From Gammaproteobacteria bacterium (GTDB taxonomy: Bacteria; Pseudomonadota; Gammaproteobacteria; Ga0077536), in NCBI GenBank assembly GCA_047611805.1, contig JBLFWX010000017.1, forward strand, positions 3,703-67,702: a stretch of DNA of 64,000 nt, in the 5' to 3' direction. Of the stretch, positions 19,394 through 27,614 are shown piece by piece. The position numbers and the translations under genes are program-made. Position 1 is the stretch's first letter. Each line of letters starts with the position of its first letter. Under the pieces are notes generated by a model, which saw only the letters and a list, made by a program, of their open reading frames with translations, did no database searches and was not told where the DNA came from.

Positions 19394-20359
19394 ATGCGTC
19401 TATTTATCGTAACCATGTTGACGGGCGCGATCTTGTCGCTGCCGATAGGTGGTCATTCGGCGGACATTCCCAAGAGCGATTTCGGAGAGCACGATGAGGT
19501 TGGAGCGCTCAATCGGCTAAACGATGCCAGTCGGCTGCAGATACTGTCGCGGATCACGAGCGGCAAAGTCTATGATCTCAGTGTCGACACGTTTCCCGGA
19601 ATGCCGGGACTCGTCGATCTTGGCATGGGCGATCCTGATTTTCACATGTGGATGACGCATACGCCTGAAGGTCTCGTCATTGAAGGTATTTCACCAGGGG
19701 ATGTTGAAGGCGATTTTGCGCTTTATGACGACGCGGTGATTATGTCGAATCACACCGGCACGCATATCGACGCGCTGAACCACGCCGGGTATGGCGACAA
19801 GATCTTTAATCAATTCTCTAGCGCCGAGCACCTGGGCAATAAAGGCTGGCGGATCGCGGGCGCGGATAAGATCCCGCCGATCATCACGCGCGGCGTACTG
19901 ATCGACGTCGCCACGCAGAAAGGCCTCGATGTGTTGGCGGATTCATACGAAATTACGGTCGACGACCTTATCGCTGCGCTCAAGCGGCAAACAGTATCGA
20001 TTGAGGGCGGTGATGCTGTGTTCATCCGCACGGGCCGCATGCGTCATTGGCCAAAGCCCGATCTATTTGTGCCGCGCGAACCAGGAATCGGGATCGCGGC
20101 GGCCAAATGGCTAGTCGACAGCGGTGCGGTACTCATTGGTGCCGACAATATTGCGGTGGAACGGATCCCTGTCACCGGATCGCCCGTGCATGCCTACGCG
20201 TTCGCTGAAGCAGGTGTGTGTTTGGTAGAACTCGTGTGGTTGGAAGAACTCGCCGAAGATAAGATCTACGAGTTCGCCCTGATCGCGGCACCGATCAAAA
20301 TCCGCGGCGCGACTGGGTCGCCGATGCGCCCAATCGCGCTACCTATCGGGCCGCGGTAA
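19394..20359 (+). CDS. cyclase-family protein (kynurenine-formamidase-like fold) with an N-terminal signal peptide
   Basis: 321 aa. Motif HTGTHIDALNH and a hydrophobic N-terminus MRLFIVTMLTGAILSLPIGG. Confidence 0.75.
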   Translation: MRLFIVTMLTGAILSLPIGGHSADIPKSDFGEHDEVGALNRLNDASRLQILSRITSGKVYDLSVDTFPGMPGLVDLGMGDPDFHMWMTHTPEGLVIEGISPGDVEGDFALYDDAVIMSNHTGTHIDALNHAGYGDKIFNQFSSAEHLGNKGWRIAGADKIPPIITRGVLIDVATQKGLDVLADSYEITVDDLIAALKRQTVSIEGGDAVFIRTGRMRHWPKPDLFVPREPGIGIAAAKWLVDSGAVLIGADNIAVERIPVTGSPVHAYAFAEAGVCLVELVWLEELAEDKIYEFALIAAPIKIRGATGSPMRPIALPIGPR

Positions 20360-20374
20360 GTCACTCGCCGCGGA

Positions 20375-21811
20375 TTAAATTCCATTGCCGTTATTCCTAA
20401 TCTCAGGTTTGCTGAGATGCCAGCTTGTTACCGACTGGAACGACTGACCAATCCGCAAAGCGCATTGTTCTTGCCACGGTTGGGCCACGATTTGTATGCC
20501 GAGCGGTAGGCCGGCACGCGAGAGACCACAAGGGATGGAGAGTACGGGCTGGCCGGTAAGGTTGAATGGACAGGTCGCGCTAACGATGGCTTGTACCAGG
20601 TTAATCTCAAGGTTGTTGATTATAACGGCGCGTGCATCGAGCGGCGGAGCGGGGATCAACGAGCCCGGTGTGATCAAGGCGTGATACCCATCTAGCGCAT
20701 TCAATACGTCGCGTTTCAACCGCGCTTTCGCGCCGCGCGCGTCAACGTAATCTTGTGCCGTGATCGCCTGCCCTCGTTGCAAATACTTGTGCACTTTCGG
20801 CCCGTATTTTTCGGCTCGTTGGACTAGGTGTTGGGCGTGCCAGGTGGTCGCTTCTGCCTGAATGATCGCATCCGCGATCTGCCACGCCTGGGAGAGATCC
20901 GGTAGCACAATTTCTTCAAGGTGCGCACCGCGACCGCGCAAAACGTCAAGTGCTTGATCCATCGCCTCTTGCACTTCTGGATCCGTCATTTTAGTAAAGA
21001 AATTTGTCGCCACGGCGATCTTTAGATCGGATAGGTCGTTGATCGCTGACGACTGCAGATCTGAGGCCGAGCTGAACGGGACATCCTTAGACGCGAGATC
21101 AGCCGGGTCATATCCTGCAAGGGTATCCAAGAGTAACGAAGCATCGTGCGCGGTTCGAGCCATGGGCCCGATATGATCCAGAGACCACGCTAACGGCACC
21201 ACGCCGTTGACACTTACTCTGCCAAACGTCGCTTTGAGCCCAGTGATGCCGCAAAAAGTCGACGGGATCCGAATCGACCCGCCCGTGTCGGTACCTAACG
21301 CAGCAGCGCACAATCCGGCTGCCACTGCGACCCCAGATCCGCTGCTCGATCCCCCTGGCGAATGTTTCGCAGACCAAGGATTGATCGTCGGACCGAAGTG
21401 TTCACTCGGCACTAGTGTCGCAAACTCATTCATATTCAACTTGCCGAGCAAGATCGCGCCGGCGGATGCTAGCCTTTGCGCGACTGTAGCGTCCGCGTGG
21501 GCAACATTATTTGCTAGCACCGCGGAACCGCAGGTCGTCGGCAATTCCCTAACATCGACGATATCTTTGACAGCCAGCGGGACCCCGTGAAGCGGTGAAC
21601 GTGGACCACTACTCATAATTTCGAGTTCGGCTGCTCGCGCTTCAGCCATTGCACGCTCAGCACAAACTTCGATGTAGGCATTGTACTGAGGCTCGAGTTG
21701 CTCGATTCGATCTAGGAACGCGGTGGTTAATTCCACAGGTGACAGATCGCGGCTGGCGATACGCGTAGAGAGTTCGCTGATAGTCGAGAAACAAATATCT
21801 TGATCCGTCAT
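20375..21811 (-). CDS. amidase (amidase-signature family)
   Basis: 478 aa with GGSSSGSGVAVAAGLCAAALGTDTGGSIRIPS. Confidence 0.9.
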   Translation of the reverse strand: MTDQDICFSTISELSTRIASRDLSPVELTTAFLDRIEQLEPQYNAYIEVCAERAMAEARAAELEIMSSGPRSPLHGVPLAVKDIVDVRELPTTCGSAVLANNVAHADATVAQRLASAGAILLGKLNMNEFATLVPSEHFGPTINPWSAKHSPGGSSSGSGVAVAAGLCAAALGTDTGGSIRIPSTFCGITGLKATFGRVSVNGVVPLAWSLDHIGPMARTAHDASLLLDTLAGYDPADLASKDVPFSSASDLQSSAINDLSDLKIAVATNFFTKMTDPEVQEAMDQALDVLRGRGAHLEEIVLPDLSQAWQIADAIIQAEATTWHAQHLVQRAEKYGPKVHKYLQRGQAITAQDYVDARGAKARLKRDVLNALDGYHALITPGSLIPAPPLDARAVIINNLEINLVQAIVSATCPFNLTGQPVLSIPCGLSRAGLPLGIQIVAQPWQEQCALRIGQSFQSVTSWHLSKPEIRNNGNGI

Positions 21812-22007
21812 GTGTCGCTCCTCCGATACTAAATACTAAGGCGTCCTCACCGAGATTAGGTTTGGACGTGGACCGCAGACGTTGCTTGCACAGAAATCTC
21901 CTGTATCTTCTTGCGACCTGCGCTACGGGCGACGTCTATGCTACGCGCTCGATACTGAGTGCGAAAGAAATCTGTAATCAGTACGCAACCCCTATGAGGA
22001 TACTTCG

Positions 22008-23162
22008 ATGGATGACATATCGCCGAACACACCCACTGTCGACGCGGATGGACATGTGCTTGAGCCGCGCGACACGTGGATTAAATACTTGCCTTCGAAG
22101 TACCGGGACCGCGCCATCCGCATCGAACGCGACCAAGCAGGTGACGAAGTCTTGTTGTTCGACGGCAAACCCCTCGAAGTAGCGCGCAATCGGCTCGCGA
22201 CCTTAGGTGGTGTGGATATGGACCCAAACGAAATCTTGCGACCCGGGCGCTATTCTTATGAAGACGGCTGTCCGCCGGGCGGCTACGATCCGGCCGCGCG
22301 GCTGAAAGTGATGGATGCCGAAGGCATCGACGTAGCCTTGCTTTATCCGACGATTGGTATCTGTTGGGAAGGGCACGTCTGTGATCCTGAGCTAGCCCAC
22401 GCCTACACAGAAGCGTACAACCGCTGGTTAGTGGATTTTTGCAGCGCGGCACCAAAGCGACTAGTGCCAGTGGCCCACATCAACCTACTCGACATCAAGC
22501 TTGCAGTCGCAGAGTTGCAGCGCGCTCACGCAGCTGGATGTCGGGGCGTCTACATTTCACCGGATTTGTTTGCTCGTGGGCACAAGCGATTCGACGATCA
22601 TTACTATGACCCCTTCTGGGCGGCGGCGGCAGAACGAGGATTACCGATCGCATTTCATGTGGTCGTGCGTGATCAAGCAACGACGACTTACGTCGATCCT
22701 TATAATGGCGGAGGCATTAGCTTCGGCCTACTCAATTTTGCGTTTCTGGCGATCGATGTGATGGGCGCTTTTACGGAGCTTCTGTCTGCGGGTGTATTAG
22801 AACGATTCCCAAACCTCAAAGTCGCGGTGTTAGAGACCGGCGCGAATTGGATCTCTGCATGGCTCGATCGTCTCGACCATAAGTATGAAGTTATTCGTTC
22901 AGTCACGCGTTTGAATATGAAACCGAGCGATTACTTTCGACGCCAGTGCCTAGTGTCCGCGGATCCGGATGAATCGATGACTGCAGAAATCGTTCGACAT
23001 GTCGGCGCAGAGTATTTCGTATGGGCTTCCGATTATCCTCATATCGATGCGTCGATGGGCGTGGTGACCGAAATGCGCCAGCATTTAGCGGTGCTACCAC
23101 GGGCTGATCAGCAACTTGTCATGGGCGGCAACGCAGTACGCTTTTACGGCTTAGACACATGA
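22008..23162 (+). CDS. amidohydrolase-2 family metal-dependent hydrolase/decarboxylase
   Basis: 384 aa. N-terminal DADGHVLEP, ...VWASDYPHIDA... near the C-terminus, and a TIM-barrel amidohydrolase pattern. Confidence 0.75.
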   Translation: MDDISPNTPTVDADGHVLEPRDTWIKYLPSKYRDRAIRIERDQAGDEVLLFDGKPLEVARNRLATLGGVDMDPNEILRPGRYSYEDGCPPGGYDPAARLKVMDAEGIDVALLYPTIGICWEGHVCDPELAHAYTEAYNRWLVDFCSAAPKRLVPVAHINLLDIKLAVAELQRAHAAGCRGVYISPDLFARGHKRFDDHYYDPFWAAAAERGLPIAFHVVVRDQATTTYVDPYNGGGISFGLLNFAFLAIDVMGAFTELLSAGVLERFPNLKVAVLETGANWISAWLDRLDHKYEVIRSVTRLNMKPSDYFRRQCLVSADPDESMTAEIVRHVGAEYFVWASDYPHIDASMGVVTEMRQHLAVLPRADQQLVMGGNAVRFYGLDT

Positions 23163-23277
23163 GTTCGAAACATCATCTGTGGAAATCAAAACCTCGTTTC
23201 TTGAATCGGCCTGGCTAGTTTCACCTAGCGGGGCGTAGGCCGCGAGCCAAGGCCAACATTCGACACCCCGATACCGA

Positions 23278-23295
23278 CCTCGTGCGAACGACTAA
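23278..23295 (-). repeat. partial third copy of the TTAG(G/T)CGTTCG(T)CACGAGG motif, inverted
   Basis: The reverse complement reads TTAGTCGTTCGCACGAGG: 17 matches, 1 mismatch and a 1-nt gap against the 19-nt copy-1 core. It lies just left of the cassette array. Confidence 0.4.
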
Positions 23296-23473
23296 AAGAG
23301 CCGACCCGCAAGGTTCCGTACGGACACTCCCGACGCGAGGTTTCTAATACAATCCAATTCGAGACCGCTTACGCACGCAAATGCGTGAAAAAAGCGTCGC
23401 CGCGACGGACTATTTTTTACAGATCCGAGATTTAATTTTAAAATTAGAAGCTTACGTGCAAATTGCCGATCCG

Positions 23474-23633
23474 ATATATACGTCACCGCGACGCAATTCC
23501 CAGATTGGATATTTCCCCCGAGAGTGCGTAACCGCTTGATTAAAGGGAAACAACGACATACGGTGCGAATATCAAAAATAAAATCAACCGTCGCGGATAT
23601 TACGTCGCGGTGACGTTGATACAGCTGTTAGGT
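23474..23633 (+). repeat. possible degenerate left-most attC, or an attI-like remnant
   Basis: The 14-nt perfect inverted repeat ACGTCACCGCGACG (23480-23493) pairs with CGTCGCGGTGACGT (23604-23617). GTTAGGT follows at 23627-23633. No convincing R'' box. Confidence 0.3.
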
Positions 23634-23643
23634 GGCTCGAGAA

Positions 23644-24120
23644 ATGCAGATGAACTGGGATGCACTCGGAGCAATCGCAGAACTGGTAGGTGCGATCGCT
23701 GTCGTTGCGACATTATTCTACTTGGCCGCACAAATTAAGCAGAATGGACGAATGGTGAGATCGACCATCAGGGAGCAGCGCTTTGGTGCGAATCAAAGTC
23801 TATTGGTAAAAATGGCGGACGAAGCGGAGCTGTACACTAAGCTCGAGAAGCAAGAAAAGTTAACGGATATTGAGTTAACACGAGCAAGCCTACTAATCCG
23901 GGCTTCGTTCAGACTTTGGGAATCCAGCGAGTATCAATACCGCAACCGGGTACTCGAAGCCGAAGAGTGGAGAGGGCTTCGCGAGTCAATCCGAAATAGA
24001 ATTGGCGCATCTTCGTATCATCGACAGTTTTGGGCGGATCACAAGAGTGAATTTTCAGAACATTTCCAAAATTGTGTCACTGAGCTTCTCAGCCAAAGCG
24101 ACACTAAGAGTTCTAATTGA
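23644..24120 (+). CDS. cassette protein, membrane-anchored family of unknown function (paralog 1)
   Basis: N-terminal NWDALGAIAELVGAIAVVATLFYLAAQIKQN is a TM helix followed by a helical domain ending ...FWADHKSEFSEHF. It is homologous to the next cassette and to the cassette at 25228. Confidence 0.6.
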   Translation: MQMNWDALGAIAELVGAIAVVATLFYLAAQIKQNGRMVRSTIREQRFGANQSLLVKMADEAELYTKLEKQEKLTDIELTRASLLIRASFRLWESSEYQYRNRVLEAEEWRGLRESIRNRIGASSYHRQFWADHKSEFSEHFQNCVTELLSQSDTKSSN

Positions 24121-24137
24121 AATGCAACACGATCGCC

Positions 24138-24234
24138 ACCTAACAAAACGATCAACGCCGACGCTTGACCGCTCCTTCTCTGCGCTGCCGCTCCAGTCGG
24201 TCGCCGTCAAACGCAGCTGAACATAGCGTTAGGT
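24138..24234 (+). repeat. attC site 1
   Basis: R'' ACCTAAC at 24138-24144 and R' GTTAGGT at 24228-24234. The arms are internally complementary, and the central motif is GCGCTGCCGCTCC. Confidence 0.8.
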
Positions 24235-24242
24235 GTTGTGAG

Positions 24243-24728
24243 GTGAATTTGAACTGGGATGCGCTAGGTGTTGTCGTCGAGGCTGTCGGTGCTATTGGCG
24301 TAATAGTTTCGGTTTTCTATTTAGCGATCCAGATCCGTAAGCAAACAACGGAAGCACAACTTGCCGCTACTCGAGACCTTGCACGGTTTAATAACGAAAT
24401 AGCAGAGTCGATATCATCGGATCGTGAACTTTTAAAAGTCTATCTTAAAGGCGCATCGGACTACGATTCACTTTCAGACGAAGATCGACTCGTGTTTGGT
24501 TTCTTTATATCTCGCGGAATGAGGTTGCAAGAGCAAATATTCCTACATTCAACGCATGAAAATTTACACGCTTCATTTTACGAATCAATACGGGCACGTC
24601 TCACAGAGCAGTTAGCGCTATCCGGCGTGAGACGATGGTGGGAATTAAATAAGAACGCCTTCTCATCCGACTTCCGAAGATACATCGCGGCAGAGCTTGG
24701 TGAAGAAGATCATTCGCAACACCATTAG
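24243..24728 (+). CDS. cassette protein, membrane-anchored family of unknown function (paralog 2)
   Basis: GTG at 24243. VNLNWDALGVVVEAVGAIGVIVSVFYLAIQIRKQ...RRWWELNKNAFSSDF. The ORF-track start at 24165 lies inside attC 1. Confidence 0.6.
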   Translation: MNLNWDALGVVVEAVGAIGVIVSVFYLAIQIRKQTTEAQLAATRDLARFNNEIAESISSDRELLKVYLKGASDYDSLSDEDRLVFGFFISRGMRLQEQIFLHSTHENLHASFYESIRARLTEQLALSGVRRWWELNKNAFSSDFRRYIAAELGEEDHSQHH

Positions 24729-24745
24729 TGAACAAACATGGCAAC

Positions 24746-24843
24746 ACCTAACAAGTCGCTCGAGACCGACGCTTGACTGCGGCCTCACCTGCGCTACCGC
24801 TCCGGTCGGCCCCAATCAAGCGCGGCTCAGCTCGGCGTTAGAA
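24746..24843 (+). repeat. attC site 2
   Basis: R'' ACCTAAC at 24746-24752 is complementary to the cassette start TTAGGTGTTG. R' GTTAGAA at 24837-24843. Confidence 0.8.
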
Positions 24844-25124
24844 GGCTCTGTATTTAATTGTGATCGGCAGTCTGAAAACGCAATGCGAAAATTAAGTCGC
24901 TCGGTCGGACAGCTCATCCAGTTCCTATAATCAGAAGCTTCGAACTTGGAGCCGTCAGAAGTTTGCAACAGAAACCCAACAACTCGCCGTCGCCACGGAT
25001 TGCTAGTAGGTAACAAGGGCGCTAGATTGAATACTATGAGAGAAAACAGCAGATGCCATCGTCAAGTTAAAGCCGCCACCAAAGTGTCGGCAACGCGGTT
25101 TCGTTGTGGTCCCGGGGTTCGCCG

Positions 25125-25220
25125 TTCTAACCAGTCGTTCAACCTGACCGTTGACAGCGTCCTCCTTTCGCTGCCGCTCCAGTCGTTGCCGTCAACGGCA
25201 GGTTAACTCAAACGTTAGGT
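25125..25220 (+). repeat. attC site 3
   Basis: R'' TTCTAAC at 25125-25131 pairs with the cassette start TTAGAAGGC. R' GTTAGGT at 25214-25220. Arms: GTTCAACCTGACCGTTGACAGCG and GCCGTCAACGGCAGGTTAAC. Confidence 0.8.
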
Positions 25221-25227
25221 GGCTGTC

Positions 25228-25797
25228 ATGACGCTAACCGAGTTTGCCAGCATTGCTGAGATTGTGAGCGCGTTCGGCGTAATTGCGACCCTAATATTCC
25301 TAGCGGTGGAGTTGCGAAAAAATACGACAGCAACCCGACAACAGAGTTATCACAATATTGTGAGTCGCCGAGCGACTTTGTTTCATGAAGGGATCTCCAA
25401 GGATAGAGAAAGTATTAGTATATTCGCTAAGGGCTTAAACGCCGGAGACCTTGACGAGCTAGACTCACAGCGATTTCTTACATCGATGATCAATGTACTT
25501 TCCCATTTCCAGGATGTTCATACACAGTCCCGGTCCGGAATAGTTGAATATGAAGTTTGGGCGGCAGAAAGACAGATTCTTGCAGGATTCTCCGGTCAGC
25601 CCGGTTTCGAAAAATTTTGGCGCGAAGCGCAGCAGTATTTTCTTCCTGAATTCATAAAGGAAATGTCAGAAATAGAGCCCATAAATTTAGTCGTCTACGA
25701 TCCGGAAACTCATGACTGGGGGCGTCCAGGCGGCGTGTATCTAGACACAACGAAATCGAAGGCTGGAAATGGTAATGCAAATTCACCAGCCACCTAA
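25228..25797 (+). CDS. cassette protein, membrane-anchored family of unknown function (paralog 3)
   Basis: MTLTEFASIAEIVSAFGVIATLIFLAVELRKN...FEKFWREAQQYFLPEF. The TAA stop lies inside R'' of attC 4. Confidence 0.6.
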   Translation: MTLTEFASIAEIVSAFGVIATLIFLAVELRKNTTATRQQSYHNIVSRRATLFHEGISKDRESISIFAKGLNAGDLDELDSQRFLTSMINVLSHFQDVHTQSRSGIVEYEVWAAERQILAGFSGQPGFEKFWREAQQYFLPEFIKEMSEIEPINLVVYDPETHDWGRPGGVYLDTTKSKAGNGNANSPAT

Positions 25798-25887
25798 CAA
25801 GTTGTTCAACCTGACCGATGACAGCGTCCTCGCTGCGCTACCGCTCCACTGCGGGACTATCAACGGCAGGTTAACAAGACGTTAGAT
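25792..25887 (+). repeat. attC site 4
   Basis: R'' ACCTAAC at 25792-25798 and R' GTTAGAT at 25881-25887. The 5' arm TAACAAGTTGTTCAACCTGACCGATGACAGCG pairs imperfectly with the 3' arm CGGGACTATCAACGGCAGGTTAACAAGACGTTA. Confidence 0.85.
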
Positions 25888-25899
25888 TGCATTTAACCG

Positions 25900-26274
25900 A
25901 TGGGGCGACCGAAAAGAAATCGACATTGGCTGCGTGCAATCCAAAGGGCATACGAGCGCGCGCAAAACGCTGTTGCCCGTGGGGAAATCGCGAAATTGGA
26001 TATTCACCGACTGGCGCCGCGACTTGCTGCAAAAGAAAGACGATTTAACGACTCGAATGAAATCGAAACAATGATCGACGCCACAGTCACGGCAGTAGAA
26101 GAAGAAGCGCGAATCGACGAGGAAGCTCGGGGTAAAATCAAATTTCACTTCGTGTCAGCTTACGTCTTTGCTCACGTACATATGGAGCACCTTGAAGAGC
26201 TGGAAGCAGATCGCTTAATGGATTATCTAAATGAATCGTGGGACCTGTTCGATGAAAACGAGCTTGCAATCTAA
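25900..26274 (+). CDS. cassette protein of unknown function (124 aa, acidic C-terminus)
   Basis: It fills the cassette between attC 4 and attC 5. The TAA stop lies inside R'' (GCAATCTAAC). No family recognised. Confidence 0.5.
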   Translation: MGRPKRNRHWLRAIQRAYERAQNAVARGEIAKLDIHRLAPRLAAKERRFNDSNEIETMIDATVTAVEEEARIDEEARGKIKFHFVSAYVFAHVHMEHLEELEADRLMDYLNESWDLFDENELAI

Positions 26275-26376
26275 CCAGGGGATCAAGCTGACCATCTACA
26301 GCGCGCTTCTCCGAAGTGCAGATATTTTCGCATCGAAAAAGCTGCCTGTAATCTGCAGGTTATCCCAACGTTAGAC
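26269..26376 (+). repeat. attC site 5 (second sequence class)
   Basis: R'' ATCTAAC at 26269-26275 and R' GTTAGAC at 26370-26376. The arms CTAACCAGGGGAT and ATCCCAACGTTAG are complementary. The interior is unrelated to attC 1-4. Confidence 0.75.
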
Positions 26377-26405
26377 CGTAATAGATAAACATACGTCAAT
26401 GACGT

Positions 26406-26732
26406 ATAGTTCAACTTAGGTTAACGCTCGTCGAAACACCGCTATTCACGCGGTTGCTGTCAGATTATCTATCCGATGACGAATACTGGGAACTGCAATC
26501 TGCGTTAAGTGCAGCGCCGGAATCAGGAGCGGTCGTTCCTGGATCTGGTGGGGTACGTAAATTGCGTTGGTCTATGTCCGGACGTGGTGAACGCGGAGGA
26601 CTTCGTGTGATTTACTAGTTACGAGTAGGCCGCGAGGAAATATGGATGCTTACGCTCTATCCTAAGAATGTAACGGACAATATCCCGGCTCACATTCTGA
26701 GAAAGATCCGAGAGGAAATTGAAAATGTCTAA
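26406..26732 (+). pseudogene. RelE/HigB-2-like toxin gene with an in-frame TAG and no usable start codon
   Basis: Frame 0 reads ...LVETPLFTRLLSDYLSDDEYWELQSALSAAPESGAVVPGSGGVRKLRWSMSGRGERGGLRVIY*LRVGREEIWMLTLYPKNV.... The TAG is at 26616-26618. The 3' end overlaps the antitoxin start. Confidence 0.65.
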
Positions 26733-27006
26733 TAAAGAAAAAGTCCGAGATATCGGGATGGAGATTTTGGAGGGGATCGGACAGATCAAAGCAGGCAAAA
26801 TTGCGCGTATTACTCAGTTCCCACCCATATCGGAAATACGCGAGGGAGTCGGCTTATCGCAATCGGAGTTCGCCAAACTACTCGGCGTTTCGGTTCGGAC
26901 ATTGCAAGAATGGGAACAAGGTCGCCGCACGCCATCGGGCCCGGCCAGAACGCTATTGGCCATTGCACATAAGAATCCCCGTGCATTATTAGAAGTCGCG
27001 GTCTGA
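26725..27006 (+). CDS. XRE-type HTH antitoxin (HigA-2/NadS-like)
   Basis: MSNKEKVRDIGMEILEG...GLSQSEFAKLLGVSVRTLQEWEQGRRTPSGPARTLLAIAHKNP. The TGA stop lies inside the R''-like GTCTGAC. Confidence 0.8.
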   Translation: MSNKEKVRDIGMEILEGIGQIKAGKIARITQFPPISEIREGVGLSQSEFAKLLGVSVRTLQEWEQGRRTPSGPARTLLAIAHKNPRALLEVAV

Positions 27007-27068
27007 CAAGTTGTTCAACCTGACCAATGACAGCGTCCTCGTTACGCTGCTGCTCAACGTAGCGACGG
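27001..27068 (+). repeat. attC site 6, 5' half only (truncated)
   Basis: GTCTGACAAGTTGTTCAACCTGACCAATGACAGCGTCCTCGTTACGCTGCTGCTC matches the left arm of attC 4. The right arm and the R' box are absent, and the sequence runs straight into the middle of higB. Confidence 0.6.
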
Positions 27069-27069
27069 T

Positions 27070-27213
27070 ATGAATGTCCCCGGTTTTCGCTTGCACTGCC
27101 TAACGAAAATGCAGCGAGAACGTTGGTCTATAACCGTCAATGGAAATTGGCGATTAACATTCGAATTCCGCGACGGCGATGTCAATCTGCCGGATTACGA
27201 GGACTACCACTAA
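27070..27213 (+). pseudogene. higB: HigB (killer protein) toxin; only the C-terminal 47 codons remain
   Basis: MNVPGFRLHCLTKMQRERWSITVNGNWRLTFEFRDGDVNLPDYEDYH corresponds to the C-terminal half of ~92-aa HigB proteins. TAATG overlap with higA. Confidence 0.7.
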
Positions 27214-27503
27214 TGAATATGCATAACCCACCGCACCCCGGAGAGTTCATTCGGGACATCTATCTGGAGCCGTTCGAGCTGAGTATCAGAAGTCTTTCGG
27301 AAAGTCTTAGCGTATCTGCATCCACGTTAACTCGAGTAGTAAATGGCCAAAGTGGCGTCAGTCCCGAGATGGCATTACGGTTATCGAAAGCCATCGGACG
27401 CTGGCCAGAAAGTTGGCTTGCGATGCAGCACAATTACGATCTGTGGCAAGTCCGACAATCACTAGATTTATCCCATGTTACATCGGTCGAATTTGCCGCT
27501 TAA
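27213..27503 (+). CDS. higA: HigA antitoxin (XRE HTH, VapI type)
   Basis: MNMHNPPHPGEFIRDIYLEPFELSIRSLSESLSVSASTLTRVVNGQSGVSPEMALRLSKAIGRWPESWLAMQ. The TAA stop lies inside R'' of attC 7. Confidence 0.8.
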   Translation: MNMHNPPHPGEFIRDIYLEPFELSIRSLSESLSVSASTLTRVVNGQSGVSPEMALRLSKAIGRWPESWLAMQHNYDLWQVRQSLDLSHVTSVEFAA

Positions 27504-27597
27504 CCGGTTGTTCAACCTTGACCTATGACCGCATCCTCGTCGCGCTACCGCTCACTGCGGCGCGGTCAACGGGGCGTTAGCAAGACGCTAGTTAGAT
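27498..27597 (+). repeat. attC site 7
   Basis: R'' GCTTAAC at 27498-27504 and R' GTTAGAT at 27591-27597. The interior is collinear with attC 4. Confidence 0.8.
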
Positions 27598-27614
27598 TTT
27601 AGGAGGATTAATCC

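Noticed and set aside
679-20684. Numerous antisense or out-of-frame ORFs inside confidently assigned genes, for example 679..1137(-), 2904..3230(-), 8026..8373(-), 15558..16019(+), 18197..18703(-) and 21207..21590(+).
   Set aside because: They are shadow ORFs typical of mid/high-GC coding regions. They have Arg/Ser/Pro-rich, low-complexity translations, and each is fully contained in a gene with strong family motifs on the other strand or frame.
23163-23626. A search for an intI remnant or pseudogene in the 465 bp left of the first cassette.
   Set aside because: All three minus-strand frames were translated by hand. There is no similarity to IntI N-terminal or catalytic (RHRY) regions, and the frames are short and stop-rich.
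24946-25206. An 86-codon ORF in the third cassette.
   Set aside because: It starts at TTG and reads through the whole of attC 3. Its C-terminal half is simply the translated attC, which recurs in other frames at other sites.
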